From: Phoronis australis
Lineage: Eukaryota; Animalia; Phoronida
Length of the DNA: 64,000 nt
NCBI GenBank assembly: GCA_002633005.1
Contig: NMRA01000730.1
Location: 112,549-176,548, forward strand
Reading direction: 5' to 3'
A model generated the notes under the pieces. That model had not been told where the DNA came from, ran no database searches, and was given only the letters and a program-made list of their open reading frames with translations. The position numbers and the translations under genes are program-made. Shown here in pieces: positions 14,354-28,948 of the stretch (position 1 is its first letter; every line of letters starts with the position of its first letter).

Positions 14354-17281
14354 ATTTGATATCAATCGTAAAGATATGCTAACCAACACGACTGAACTAA
14401 TTCAGATATTGGGTCCCGAGTTCAGATTTGTTTAGTCTTTGCTAAACTTGTCTTAATTTCGTCGTAATTTATTGCTTGTTGCATCTAATGCCAGACGACA
14501 TGAAGCCTGGCCAGTATGATGCTCTACCAATACGATGCTCGGCCAATATGATGCTTGGCCAATATGATGCTCATGTGAATCCAATAGTGACAAGTCGTGC
14601 AACGTTTTGGCTAACAATGTCGCTCATTGCAAACAGACTTGAGGAGATGTACACTTGTTTATACCAATTAGTGAATTTGGCTGCTAAGCTAAGGAGAGCT
14701 TGTGAAATATCTTTGAACTTAAAGGCTAAAAAAGCTTTATCCCGAGGAACTGAACTTTGAGATTTAAGATTAGCAAGTTAATTAAGTGAGATATGTTGTT
14801 TACACAATGATTGAGGAACTTGAACTGGGATTAATATAGTTATTGCTTCTTGGCGGCTTCAAAACATTGTACTGCTTTGAAAAAATTTATTAGTTGGGTG
14901 CTTCAGTTAGATGATAGTTTGTTTTTGTTTTAATTTAGCCCCTTCCAATCTGACTCATTTCTTTGTAGAAAGACTTTCATTGTTTTGTCTTAAAATCACT
15001 TTGTGTGCAGTGAGATAGTGTTTCGTTATACACGATTCTCTATTGTCATGTTCAAAACCGTATCGCATGGAGTGGGTGCAACTTTTGAAAATCGAATGTT
15101 TATCTTTGGGCTTATGGTGCTATAGACAAAAAAGTGGCTTTTCACATGGGTTGTCCTGAACAAACTTAGCAGTCTCTCCCTTGACCTGCATAAAATGGAA
15201 ATGTCAAAAGTTCTGATGGTTAGCCTGTGACTTAAATAAAAAATCAATTACAAATCAATTACTTCTAGCAAATGTACCGTAGTGTTGGAGAAAGGAAAAC
15301 TGTGGCAGTTGAATTGAAATTGATTCTGTTATCTCGGTAAAAAAATTCACCTATGTGGGTCTAAGTATCCTCGGTTGCACACAAGTTTTATCTGTCATTT
15401 CTAAACATTCTGAAAAGGGTCACATAAGCTGGGGGAAGTGTCTTCGACAGCAAGCAAGTGTTCGTCTGATAGCGTCATCATGTGTTATTTGCTAGGGAAG
15501 CGAAACTAATGCATTTTGGTCCAGCCTCATTCTCAGAACGGTGTCTGATGAGTCCCCAGTCCTACATGCATGTCGCAGCAATCGGCATACTTGTACTCAT
15601 TTACATCACATAATGATTCACAATTGAGCCTCGAATTGGAAAAGTTTCTGATTAATCGATTCTGAGAAAAATTCAGGTTTCCATGTGACACACGAGTGGT
15701 TTCATCGTGGTTCAGTTTACTGGTCATGTGACATCCACAAAACTGATGGATTGTTATTGAGCCCTTGTGGCATTCCATCACTCATTATTACCTATTATCA
15801 CTTAATTATTTTACATTGGCTATGACTACCAGTTGATGGTGGCTGTCGTACTTTCCTGAGCTGGTTGGTTTTCAACACATTTTCTTTCCACAATTGACAA
15901 AAATTATAAAAACTGTCCAGTTTGTATAGTCTCTGAAATTTTGGACCCCAGAATTCAAGTCATAATTGAATTTTCTTGATTCTGTACATTGGGGCATGGG
16001 CAATTTTAGTGTCCATCATATTTCTCCTATACCAGACACTGTTTTGTATCAACAGGAGTCTGTAAATAGGCTAATGGCAGCTCATAAAGTTGTTGAAAAG
16101 GATTGGGCCAATATGGCCTATTTCTAAAATTTTGTTCAAGTCTTGACCTTGACCTTGACATGAGCAAAATAATTAATTTGTCACTGTCTCCCAATTGTGG
16201 AATTTTTACCATTTGTGTTTGTCACAATATGGTGAATCTTCAATTATATAGCGTGCAATAGGGTTGAAAGAGAGGTTCTATTTTGGCAAATGTCTCCATG
16301 AAAATAATGGTAAAGAAATTTACTGGCATAGTTTGCACTGTGTAGATTTCATAAAACAACCTTTGGTAAAGTTTCAGTCGTTTCCAGCAACACAACAGCC
16401 TTTAAAAAAATGAAAAATGAATATTTTGTGCGAAATGAAGGGAGAATTACTGTGCCTTGTAGTGGGAGTAAATATGTTGCTTTGAAAAATCTCCTACGTA
16501 AATAGGCCCTGGTTAGCAGCTGTGAATTGAAAAAAGTCTACTTCCGTAATTTTCACAAGAATAGGACAAGGTTAAGGCTATCTGTTGGCCGTGGTGTTTC
16601 ATTCCATCAGTGGCATCGTGTATTGTGTTCTGCCAAAATTCCTTCAATTAGGACACAGTATGGTAGATAAGGGATTCCTTTTGTAGTTTTTCTTGTGAAA
16701 TTCCATCGGACCAAATCAGTGCTTTGACATGTTCTGTACCATACATGTAGCTATCGCTGTGCATTATTTAGGAAGTTGTGGCGATGCACTGCAATGTTAG
16801 GAACTTAAAAATTAAAAAAGTCCATTCTATTCAGGTCTGAAATGGTAAGATTTCACTGTACTGAGCTGGTTATTTACATAATCTACATGTACAAGTCCTA
16901 ATGAGGTGTATTACCATCCGCTGTGTCTTGTTGCTAAAGATTGCGTCTGGTTATAATCAGTTCGGTTTTGTCTGGTTTGCTTTCATGGTTACACTGCACT
17001 GATCTATTGTGCATTGTTAACCTTGTAATGTTGTTAGTCCTTGTTTGCAGACTATTTACAAACCAGAGCAGCAATAAGGTGATAATTGGGTCTCTGTTCC
17101 ATGCTGCAAATGATGTCGACTGTGTCACGTGTCTATTTTCAGAGGTGATCTTGCTCTGCGGGAGTTGACAATAGTGTTGTTGATGAACGTCGCCGACGCC
17201 AGGCGTGTTTAGCGATTTGTCGCAAGACTGTGCACACACTCGCGTTCCAGGCCAGTGGTCAGGTAGCACTTGCTTGGCAAG

Positions 17282-17615
17282 ATGGGCGACTTTGTGCTCT
17301 ACGAGGCGTTGTACGATTTCACCCCACAAAGAGACATGAATGAAGACTACATCCCAATCATAATCGGCGACAGGATGGAGGTGAAGAAGCCGTTTGACTG
17401 CGATTTCGAAGGAACTGAAGAGAACCCGGCAGGATGGCTGAGTGGCAAGAACTTGAGAACTGGCGAGAATGGTTTCTTCCCGGGGAATTACGTGAAGTTT
17501 GTGAGGAGCGAGCACCGAGCCGCACCTCCGCTGCCGCGGCCACGGCCCAACAAGGAAATGCCGGATTGTGGCGCTGGCACTGGCGATGACTCGGGATATG
17601 CTGGATCTCCCAAAG
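17282..17615 (+). CDS. PIK3R1-like: Coding exon 1: SH3 domain plus proline-rich motif (exon probably starts at 17143)
   Basis: [13 protein letters not shown]...[24 protein letters not shown] is a p85-type SH3 with the long insert, followed by [11 protein letters not shown]. Donor AAG|GTAAG, phase 1. Confidence 0.95.
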
Positions 17616-20600
17616 GTAAGCATTTTATCTTGTCTTTGATGCAGTAATTTCAACACGGAATTGTGTTACTTTATAAGTGTTGTCGCATGTTTACGCCGGA
17701 TGAAACTCCTGATAAGTGAAAAAGTTGTTGATGTGTGTATTTTCAAGACTCCAGCTGTTCAACACTTTCAGTTTTTATCGTTTTTGCTTTGTTCTATGAA
17801 TATTGATGTCACGTCTGACGTATAGTCCATTGTAATCCCCTTCATATTTATCCATTCACCTGTAGCTCAAGCCAGGCAGTGAGTGCTCAAGGAAGTAGGA
17901 AGTGTCTAAGTTGAGCTATTTTGAACTGTGTTATTCTATTTGTTATTCTGGTTATTAATACCTGAATAGTACGCAAGCAAAGACCTGTAGTTTGGCATGG
18001 TTGTTGTTGAGTTCCTGTACTCGGCTGTGATGTGTACAGTAGGACCTTATAGACAAATACACACAAAAATATAGATTTTAACTCGGTAAAACTATACTTT
18101 CTGAAAGGACAAAGAATTTTAATTCTTGACTTTTTCAATCTGACAATAATTGGGTCACGTGACCTTGTGTGTTTTAGTAATATTTAGCAAAAAAGACGGG
18201 TGTTGATAACAAAACAATAGTATCAGCTACGTGATCAAATTTTGTTTGATATAAATTTTCAAGACGGAATCTCAAAAAAATCTGTTACAGCTGTCCAAAT
18301 TTTCATTTCAGTTTTGTTTTACGCAACTTGTGATTTTTTTCATGGAAATCATGAAAGTCCTATTTTTGATAGCCCTTCATGCAATAGCCAAACAGCCCTT
18401 TATGAACAGTGTATAAAGCGTGGGATCAGAGACTGTCGTACGAATCTGATCGGCCATTTTTGAGATGTGATGTTCCAAAGTCAGCCAAATTCGGGTCCTT
18501 CGTAAAGTTAATATGGAGTTGAAGTTTCAGTTCTTCCAGTTCGTTCATACCAATGTCGACGTGTTTCATGTTTTGGAGAATGTCGGTTGGTACCAAGGAG
18601 GTGAATAAAACAGCAGAGCGTTGATGCAACGATGCGATATGTAATGTTAACTTTGGAGCCATTGGAAATTTTGGCTGGTGTCACTGTCAGTTAGACATGT
18701 GGTAGTTTCTTAACTCAAATTTCTCAACAAAAATTAATATCAGAAAACAACATTTTGAAAATTTTAACATTTGCAGTGGTAAACCTCAGAAGATAGGAAG
18801 AAGGGCAATTTTAAAGATTACATTTTCACGTGAATCTTTATCCTTCCATGCTGTTATGTGCTCAGGTGGAGTTGGATGTTTTTGGAAGTGGTATTGATTC
18901 CAATATTTTTTGTGTTTCGCTATTCTCTTCATTTACCTATGTACTGGGTTAGTCTGGTCTTTGCAACTGCTCAGTACTGAGAGGCCACGCCTAACTCTAA
19001 AACTGACAAATCTCGTCGCACGCTTCGAGTCAATTTTCAACTCTGTACCACGTGATTGGTCAATTTTTGACTCGGGTCTCAAGGTAAGTCTGATGCAGAT
19101 GCATGCTTTTTGCTGTGCTGCATTTGGCACAAGCACTTCTCCACCCAAGAACGTCCAGCAGCCCCTTCTTTAATTAGAGATGATTTTTCTAAAAGTACAA
19201 AATAGACTGTATGTGTGAGGTGTGGTACCTTCCGTTATCTCTTATCAAGCAAGTGTGACTCACGTCTTGGTAAACACAAGTTGTCAGCTGTTGACCCCTT
19301 CACTGTGTAAAAACTCTTCATCACTAAAATTTAAATTTTTTATTCATGCGGTCTTAATCGCATTTTCTGCGGGCACATCGTGATAAATATGTTTTCTAAA
19401 CGTTTTTTCCCCCCTTGATGCAATGTCACGTTGTCAGCCAGTCTTATCATGTTTACATTCGCATCCATGATTTCGTAATAATCTATATGTGGTCTATTTC
19501 ACCGATCGTGATTATCACCACATCCTTAACCCCCCATGTACTCTTCGTCTGCGGGCAAGTACCTTGTCCTCACCGAGTTCAATGACACCAAAAAACCTCA
19601 TTTTGAACAACAAAAGCAAAGCTGCCAAGTTTGATAACCTCGGTATTTGTTCCATTTTAAGTTAATCATTGGCTGTCCAGCCTGCATTGCCAGGAGGTTG
19701 CATGTGGACAGATTTCTGCGGTTAGTTTGCGACCTGCACAGATTCCAGTGAGGCTTTGGGAAGACGCGTGGATTTCTCAGCTTAGCGCAGTGAGGTCTCT
19801 GACTGTTTTCCACTTCCCGAGGGTTGTTTTGCCCATGGTATATTATCGTATATGGCCTAGATCATATTTTGTTGCGTCGAACTGAGTTATGCTGGTCCGG
19901 CATGTTACAACTGGTTACAGTGTTCTGTGATGTCATAAAAACTGTGGAAAACTGCAAATCAGGTAATTCCGTATCTCCAAAACAGGAAAATCGGCATTTG
20001 CAGTGTCTTAAATTGCCATGTTTGTGACAGTCCCCAAATATTTATTGCTAAAGTGTTTGTCATTATCTACTATGAAAGGCAGTTGAGTGATTTGCTCAAC
20101 ACCTAAAAAAATTGTTTGCATTAAAGTTTCCTCAACTTCAAACAAAATCATTGGCCAAGATCGCTGTTTTTTATTTATTTTCAGATACCCACCCACTGTA
20201 TTGCCAAAAACGTTCAAGATTTCATTGTGTGTTTGTTGATGACAGCCCTACTATATGAAGTTTTGAAGTAAAATTTTCCTTGTTTACTCTTGTTGAAAAA
20301 TTTGGTAAATTTTGATGTTCTGCCATATTGTGCTCTAATTTAAAGAAACTTTACTGTAATCCCCCATTTGAGGACTACTTTAGGGCTTTTCATACTAACG
20401 TCGACACGTCGATGGTTTGGGGAGTTGCGGTCAGTATGAACGCTTAACTCCGGTCGTGGATCACAGTTAACAGCTCCAGTTAACGTCGCAGTTAACAGGT
20501 GAATTTAATAGCGCAGCGTTGACGCTGCGGTGCAGTATGAACTGTTAACTTCGGCCCAATCGAAGTTATCGCCAGGTGCCACTGTTATCGTCAACAGTTA

Positions 20601-23600
20601 CAGGGTAGTGTCGTCACTAATAGCTGCTTATATTTTGCTCTAAGAACAACCAATCGATTTAAAAACAAGTTTAATGTCATTTAGCACATGTAAATGTTCT
20701 CAAATTGTCACATTGAAAAAAATCTTAGCGTGCAGCGCTACCTTGAAATGACTTTGATGACGACAGCGTCAGCAACAGTTTACTTCGATGTTCATTAACT
20801 ATTGAAGCAGGTACGGTATTAACGGTCCAGTTAACTGCGCTTTTTACGTCGATGCTCCGCTCAGACTGGAATTAAGTCAATGTGAAAGGGTCTTTTGATA
20901 GGGTGGGATGCAGGAGCCCTCTTTAAACACTGTTTGACATGGCACCTCACTGAAAATAGGAGTGAATGATTGTTGCTTCCAACAAGATCACCCTGTGATT
21001 GTGGTGTTGCTGTATTACAATTGGTATGCAAGCATTACAAAACGGTCAGCTTTGAGTTGCAAAGCCTCCATTGGATGCTAGAGACCCGTACATGTTCGGA
21101 AATGCTGACATCGTTTTATTTGGTAACTGGAGATGTGCGAAGATGTAATCAAGAGTAAAAGCACTGTACATTGGCTTTCGTGGAGTTTTGCCAGGGCAGA
21201 TTAAATAATCATAATCCACTGCGTCTCACACGGGCATTCTCATTAGCGAGGCGTTTTTCTTTTCCCAGAAAACACAATGTAGGTGTTGCGAAGTCAGTTC
21301 TTTTCTCACTAACCTCATTTCGTTTGACGTGCACGCACGTGGTACAGTATATCAAATCTGTTACCACTTTACAACCGGGATCGTTTGCAGATAATAAGAA
21401 GAGAAAACGTAGTCGTTTACATAGAATCGCAGTGCATGGAAAAAAGGAGTATGGCTCGTGAGAAAAGAAGTGTATTCATGAGAAAAGTTCACTGTTTATG
21501 AGAACGCTCTTGTTGTCCACATTGGAACATGGTTGTCTGCATTTCTTGCACACTGTGTCTATCAATAACGTAAAGTGAATGTTCATGTGGTGCTGAAACG
21601 TGTGCACTTCTTGATACTATTAAGTAGTAGTGGTAGGAGGCCTCCTTCGGTTGTTAGGACTATGAATCTGTGCCTTGGTTTGGTTTTGGATGTCTCCTGC
21701 AGCTTCGAGTATGAGTATGAAGCCTAATGCAGGAAAGGCAGGCCTTTTCGCAGTCACTGAAACTGAATGTCGTAGCTTAAGTTTGTTCTGACTGCAGCTG
21801 TATCTTTCTTCTTAAACGTTTTGCCTTGAGAGATTCCTGGAGCTTGACTTCTCCTGACTACAGCTTGCCGTGGATCGCGGATCTCCAGTGTTGGCGGTTG
21901 TCTGCAGTCTTCTAGTGATCATGTCGATGTCTAGTACAGTCATGTCACATTTGCAGACGTCTTTGTAACGAAGATGGGGATGTCTGACAGGTCTGCTACC
22001 CTGTAAAACGTCTTCATATAGAACATTCATGGTGATGCGACCATCCTCCATTCTGCGAACATGTCCGAGGCAGCTAAGTCTTCGTTGGCGCAGCCGAGTG
22101 AACGTGCTTGACTAGTTGTCTTTAGAGAGTACATCAGTGTTCGAAATCTTGTCCAAGCATTTGATACCAACTATCCGACGTAAACAGCGGAGGTGGACGG
22201 CGTTCAGTTTTCTCTCCTGTCCTGAATATGTCGTCCAAGATTCGCTACCATACAGAAGCGTTCTGAATGATGTTATTTATCCCACTAACGTTGGACTGTT
22301 TTTGTCATTATTTGAAAAAAGTCCAATGTGACTTAAAAATTAGATGATACATTCTACTTTGGGATAAAAACATAAATACAACCTTGTTGTTCATGTTTTT
22401 TCTTGGATGTTTACGGCTGGAATATTGATTGATAGAGCTTTTGGTATGTGTTTTTTGCGTTTTGTTTAAACAAACTTTAGGAGTGCAGGGATAAGTCTCG
22501 CAATAAAATGGGGAATGACGACAATCCAGACGGATATTACGTTGTAGATTTAGGGGTGAATATCTTGCATTCTGCGAAGAGTATTTTACAGTATGTAATT
22601 ATCTTGTAAGTAGTGGTGGTGATTTACGTACATCGATAATTGTTCGTAACACCAGCTCCAATAATGCGGGCTACCTGGGCAGTAATTTGTCTACGTCATT
22701 GAGCTGGGATCAATATATCGTCAATGCCATTGTTTATTAGCAAGCCATAGAATTTCTACCATTAGAAGATTGTTAAAAGTGCACACGCCCCAATCTCCTA
22801 TTCTGAGTCTACAGCTGATTGTCTCCACACCATGACCTGCCCTTCTGTTTACACAGGGCTGGGACAACAGTTTATTGACCCCAGGAATCAATAGCTCTTC
22901 TCAATAGCTCTTGGGGTCATCGGAGTGTCGATTTAATTGAAGGTACTTCCTGTGTTGACCTCGCCTCATCGGGGTTCCCCTTTATTTGATCAAGATAAAA
23001 AACTTGAACAGGTGATTTTGATTCCGTGGAAACGACCTAGATTGGACTAGTTCTACTGCAGCATCAGTAATTCTATTATTTTTCAACAGGCAATTGCCAA
23101 GCTTGTCATGTTCCATTTCCGTTACAGTTGAAACTGCTGTGGTACAAGTGATCATGCGTTTCTCATTACATTTTCTACTGGGTGAAAGCTGCGCCCTACA
23201 AGCATGCTGACAGTCAAAGAAGAATTTTTTTGCCCATTTTCTGCAGAAAGTTGACGTAGATTGCCACATTTCTGTAGTATTTAGTATTGTATAGAAGAAT
23301 TAATCTGCCTTATGTTTTGCAATTGGTCGTTGGAAAGCTCGTGTCATGCATTGACTCGGGAAGCCCTCTACTGGGTCATGAATCTTGATTGGGCTTATTT
23401 GGTCAAAAATCAAAAGTTTTTGCTCAGATACTGGTGTCACTGAGAGGGCTATAGAGTTTTTGATGTTTAATTACATTTTTATTAAGGTTAAGTAAGACAT
23501 TGACGAGTCTGCCAAATGTCTAGAAAACTATGAAATATAACTGTAAAAGTATTTTTTGAAAGTAAAAAGCCTACAGCATTAGATTTTAGACGTTACATCA

Positions 23601-26600
23601 CCAATCTGTCTTAGGTCAGTTTGGTTGGCTCACGTAAATTCAGATGTAGCGAAAAAGAAAGGTACATTCATAGCAAAATAACAGCATCAATAACACATGA
23701 CCAAATTTCATTTTGGTAGAACAGTGCAGAAAGCATTATTCCTGAAAATTTCGTATGACTCCTGTCAGCTACTTCTGAGATACCATGTTCCGAACTTGTC
23801 CACACTCCGACTACTTTTTAGGGTCCTTCATAACTTTGTGAATAGGATGGTGAGAGAGTGTGGTTCTGCATAGCAAAGAAAGCCAGGTTGCCAAATGTAC
23901 CCCTGCTCATTGTAGTAGACATTCCTTGATTGTGTGGTGATGGATTGGATGAACTGATTGGCACCTTACTTTCAATGAGCTTTAATAGGTCAACAGAATG
24001 GAAAATTGTTTATTTGCTCCTGTTTTCAGAATCCAATACCACCTTGCGCAAACTGTATAGGGCCATGCTGTAGGTTAACAGGACCTTTTACTTGACATGT
24101 TTTCCATAGCCTGGAGTACAATTTGACAGCTATAAGCCTCAGTTACAGAATGCAGTAGTCATTGTATGTAGACCAGAGTGATTGTATTCCCAAGCCACTT
24201 CAAATAAGTGCAACTACACCTAACTTGCAAGGATTGTGTAACTAATTTTCTTTCAGGCTAGTTTGTCATCATACCTTCATCTAGGTGCAAATTTCTTTTG
24301 TAATTGTACGCCTATTTTTAGCTTTTTGTAGCAGGGGGGTCTAGTGTTATGATTTTAAAATGGACCCTTGTGATGGGCGTGCCATGAAACTCTTCTTACA
24401 TGCGGTCATTGAAGTGAGGTGACAAAAAATTATTTGCTTCGTAAAATTTTCAACTATCGTAGAATTTAATTTTATCCGTTGAAAGTTCTCAAGGTTGAAA
24501 ATTAATAGAGTTCTACTTCATTAGTTACAAAATTTGTACGGTACAGCTGCCACAGAACGTAAGTTGTAAATTTACTATTAGAAGCCCTTTAAATCATCAT
24601 GTTCTGATGTCTCCCACAAATGGTGGACGTATGTGGGGTGCATATTGTCATCATTTACCAAGCTGCTTGAATCATCTTCATGAGATACGGTAAGCATTCT
24701 TTGTCAAGTTTAGGATGTGCCCCAGCAGTGTTTCTTTTTTGAGGGATCCAACTAATACTCCTATGCTTCTTTGTGGCAATTTTAAGTTTTACGCGCTTGT
24801 TTTTGTTTATCTTGCCTTGTCCTGTAATGGATATTTACGAAACTTGACATTTGTTTTCATGAATGGTGGGAGGGAAATGTTCCGCGACAGTAAAGACGTC
24901 CTGGATTGTAAACACAGCGATGCCTCCTTTTAGATTGTCAGACACGTTTTTAGAGGTCATGTCGGAAACCGTCGACTTGTAAAGCTGGGAAAACATTCCA
25001 GATTCCAACCGTTCAAAGTACATCTTGAGTAAAGCGGATTCTGTTGGGTTCTGCGTTAAGCCAATGAACTTGTTTTATCCACTATATCTGCATTTTCTTG
25101 TCTCTGATTGGTGTCAGGAAGGCTATGAACTTAACATCAGGCATCCACAGGTATTTGTCAAGGTTATCCAACTATCTCCTGTCGGAATTGTAGCTCATTG
25201 CACAGTAGTGATACTTCGTTAACATTGGACGGATGTATGGAATAATACTTGTAAAGAATACAACAACAAGAAGAAACATGTGGAACTCCAATGACGCGAA
25301 AACTTTGAGGTTACAAAAGTACTTGGTGGATATTGCAGCATTGTTTGTAAATACAGTGATATTGGAGTGTCCCTGTGTAATAGGGAACAGCCCAGTTATT
25401 GGTTGGTTTCGCCATGGTGTGCTCCCCCTAGTGACATCTTTGGTGCCTAGTTTTGGTGTCCGCCCTCTGTCTGCCAAACAAGTTGACGGATCATCGTGAA
25501 ATTCAGTGGCATAATAGTTTCTAATGACCAAAGCATGGCTGATGTGGATTTTTGGATGAGTCTAAATGCCGTTGTGCCCCCTATTGGTGGTTCTATTACT
25601 GTTTGGTGCTTCCCTGGTTCGATGAAGGATTATAGGGAAGAGAATGGCCAACATTGATTTTTTGGACTGGTCCAACTATTGAGTACAAACTGTAATTTGA
25701 GGAATAAGGTAAAATCTATAACACCAAATTAATTGCATTTCCATGAAGTTTTGTAGCACAGCTACCATCATACTAGGCAGCTTCGCAGTTTGTGGATAGA
25801 TTTTCATGAAACTTGGCAAAGAGGTTTCTTCTAAGGAGACCTGATGACACCTTCTCTTTTTGGGGTGGATATACTCCACTTAGTGGTCATTTGTATTACA
25901 TTTTAGATTTCAGCCTATCTCTCAGCCAAAGCTCTTTAAGGATGATTATGAAAGTTAGAAATTTTACCTCTGGGATGAGCACGGCTTAGGATGATGTTCG
26001 GATGTTTTTGAATTCTGTAGGGGAATGTTTTTTCCTTGTGGCTCAATATCAAATTCATTCCCTGATGGATGTTGATGAAATTTTGCAAATAATTTGATAT
26101 GTAGATGACGGCATTTACTCTAGTTCAGAAGGATTTGACATACGTTGCGCCACCTAGTGACCTTTTTATTATCTTTGTGTTTGTTCTTTATTACTTGCCT
26201 TCAACTGTGTTTAGGAATCATGATGAGTGTTGTCAGGTGTTCATGTTGAAGAGGCGTTGCTAAGTTGGTTTTGAATTTGGTACTGTTGCTACCTGCAGTG
26301 GGATTGTCTAAAGTGACTATCATCCCTTGTATGTACTGTAACCGATGTACACGGTGGGCGCATATCAGTGTTTGGCATTACTCATACTTTACGTTCTGAG
26401 TGCATTTGTGCCAGAGTCGTCTTTGGGCAAAAAATCCAAACGCGCTTCAAAAAGCTCGTCAATATTCCTTCACGATCTTTCTTTTTGCTGTCGCACAGAA
26501 ACAGCGTAGCTTAGGACATCACTATCATTTTTGTAGCAAACGAATAAACAATGGGAGCATGTAATGAATAATTCTTCAGTTATTTGCCTTGTAAAGCAGA

Positions 26601-28914
26601 ATAAATACCATGTTTTCTGGAACGACTCCGTATTTTAAACGTGGCTCAATGCCTTTCAAACATTGCTGAATATATGACCCAGAACTTCTCAATCATGGTG
26701 CAGTGTCATGTTTGGATAGACGCAGGGAGAGTCTTTGCAAAGTTGACGGACTTTGTTACGTTCTAGGGGGATATTCAGTACAGCCTTGTTGGTTTGATTT
26801 GGCGTCTGTTGTTGATATCAATCATCTGAACTCACAAGCAGAATTGATTAGCACAGCTCCATCTCCTCTGGCTTCTGGGGTCAGCTAGTCTGGAGCACCT
26901 GGTGACCCCTGTATTGAACAGGGGCGAATTAACTCCCTGTCGTCAGCAGGCCTGGTGTCATTGTTTTACACCTGTCTGGCATGGTCGATAGGTATTGATT
27001 AAAAGGGCACACCTGAGGACAATTATAGATTAGTTCAGGTGTATAGGGCAATTGGCCGTCTTGTTGAATTGAAGACTTGGTTGTAGTGAAGGGATGTGTG
27101 CATTGTCCAAGTGAAAACATCACAGTTCAACACAAGCCGATGGTCTTCAGAGGTTTGTTTGCTGTAAATTCTCATCAATTTAAGACAGGCTGTGGTACAC
27201 GTGTCAGATTTAGTTTTCTCTGTTTCTTGTAAGTGATAAGTAATGATGAGCTAAAAATGCTTTGCCATGTTCATATTCAGTTGACGGACGATATTTGGCA
27301 AACTTCTGGGTATTTCGTAGCAATGTTGAAAGTCCTTGAAAAATGAAATGAGCAATTTTGGCGATTATTTGCGTCCACAGCTGGTGAGATTTTACCGTGT
27401 TTTACTTGTTTCTGTTTTCATAAATTTTTCTTCTTGTTAAAGAGAGTTTTCTAGGTAGGACACAATTCACATTGTAATGAGCCTGTTTTGCTGTATTTAA
27501 AGGTTGCATGTTATGTTTTCTTGTTAATATTGTGGATGCTATACACAACTTGTTTATTTATTTATTTATTATTGTGATATTTAAAATGAGGGTGGCCTCT
27601 TCAATGATAGCACTGCTTTCCAAGAGGGCCCTGGATTATGAACCTTTGTTCATTGATGGGAGGTGTAATTACACCTGAAGCTGTGCACACTGCTCTAACA
27701 ATCTACGTCATCGCCACAAACGACGGTGTTTCTTATTAAGGCCTTGTGGACATTGACATTGCAAGACATGTTAACGAATGATATCAATTAAAACTCAATT
27801 CCAATCGATGTAAACAAGTTGAAACTGCAATTTCCTCGTTCGGTTCGGCTTTTTGGTTCAGGATCTCATTAGTACTGTGTTCGCGTGCGACATTTTGTAG
27901 ATGTAATCCCATTATTTTTCCCCGTAAAATTTTAAACGGACTTTTATTGCATTGGGACACGAATTCCACCAGATTTGCCTGGATTAATTTTCCGATGAAA
28001 TTTTAATAGTAGCAGGGCGTCTATGCCTGAAAATTGAAAACGGGGCAATTTGGCGCTAAAATTTTTTGAATTTAGTGAAATCTTTGCTGTGGTTCACACT
28101 CTTTTCTGTTTTGCTACAAGGCTGCCTAACAAGTGTACGTTTTACTTGATTCCTGGAATGTCTCGGCTGTCAGGTTATTTTTGCGTGTTCTTGGTTGCTT
28201 TTCGTTCATTATGATTTGTTAAATCCAACTTTACAGTTCACTATGAGCACCGATTCAGAAATTTACGCTGTGAAAGGTGAAGAGTAGTAATTTGGACAGT
28301 CTCTAAACTTTGGGATAGTCTTTAAACGTTGCGACAGTCTCTAAACTTTTGGACAGTCTCTAAACTTTGGGAAAGTCGGGACAGTATTTTGGCTTTGTGA
28401 CAGTCTCTAGACTTTTGGACACTAAAAGTCAAGCTGACATAAAATATTTCTTGACTGAAGATTCAGACATGGGCGATTTTGATATTCAGCATATTTCTCA
28501 TATATCTGGCACTGTGTTTTGTTTCCGGACGTAAAATCTGAAAATAGACTTGACACTAAAAAGAGCACCTGTAGTGTGCAACATTGAGGTGAATGATCGC
28601 TTATCTTTGATTGTAATTCTTGAATTTGTGACGACCAATTTTGCCTATTACTAAAGTTTGGTACCTACTGCAACCTTGATCAAAATAAATAAATAAATAA
28701 AAATTTTCACTGTTCCAAACTGGAAAATGCTTGCCATGCGCATAGTGTGTCCCAGTAATGTGCATTTGAGTATCTACCATCTTCCGAGTTATTTTGTTGG
28801 TGAAACTGCGGCACAGTGTGCAGCAGGCTTTTAATGAGACGAAAACTGTACATTTGACTGCCATGCAATCCATGGTTTAATATGGAGTTGCACTGTGACT
28901 GTAATGCCTCTGTC

Positions 28915-28948
<34 letters not shown>

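Noticed and set aside
16934-17656. 240-aa minus-strand ORF, the longest in the track
   Set aside because: It is the antisense shadow of the GC-rich SH3 exon and has no recognisable domain.
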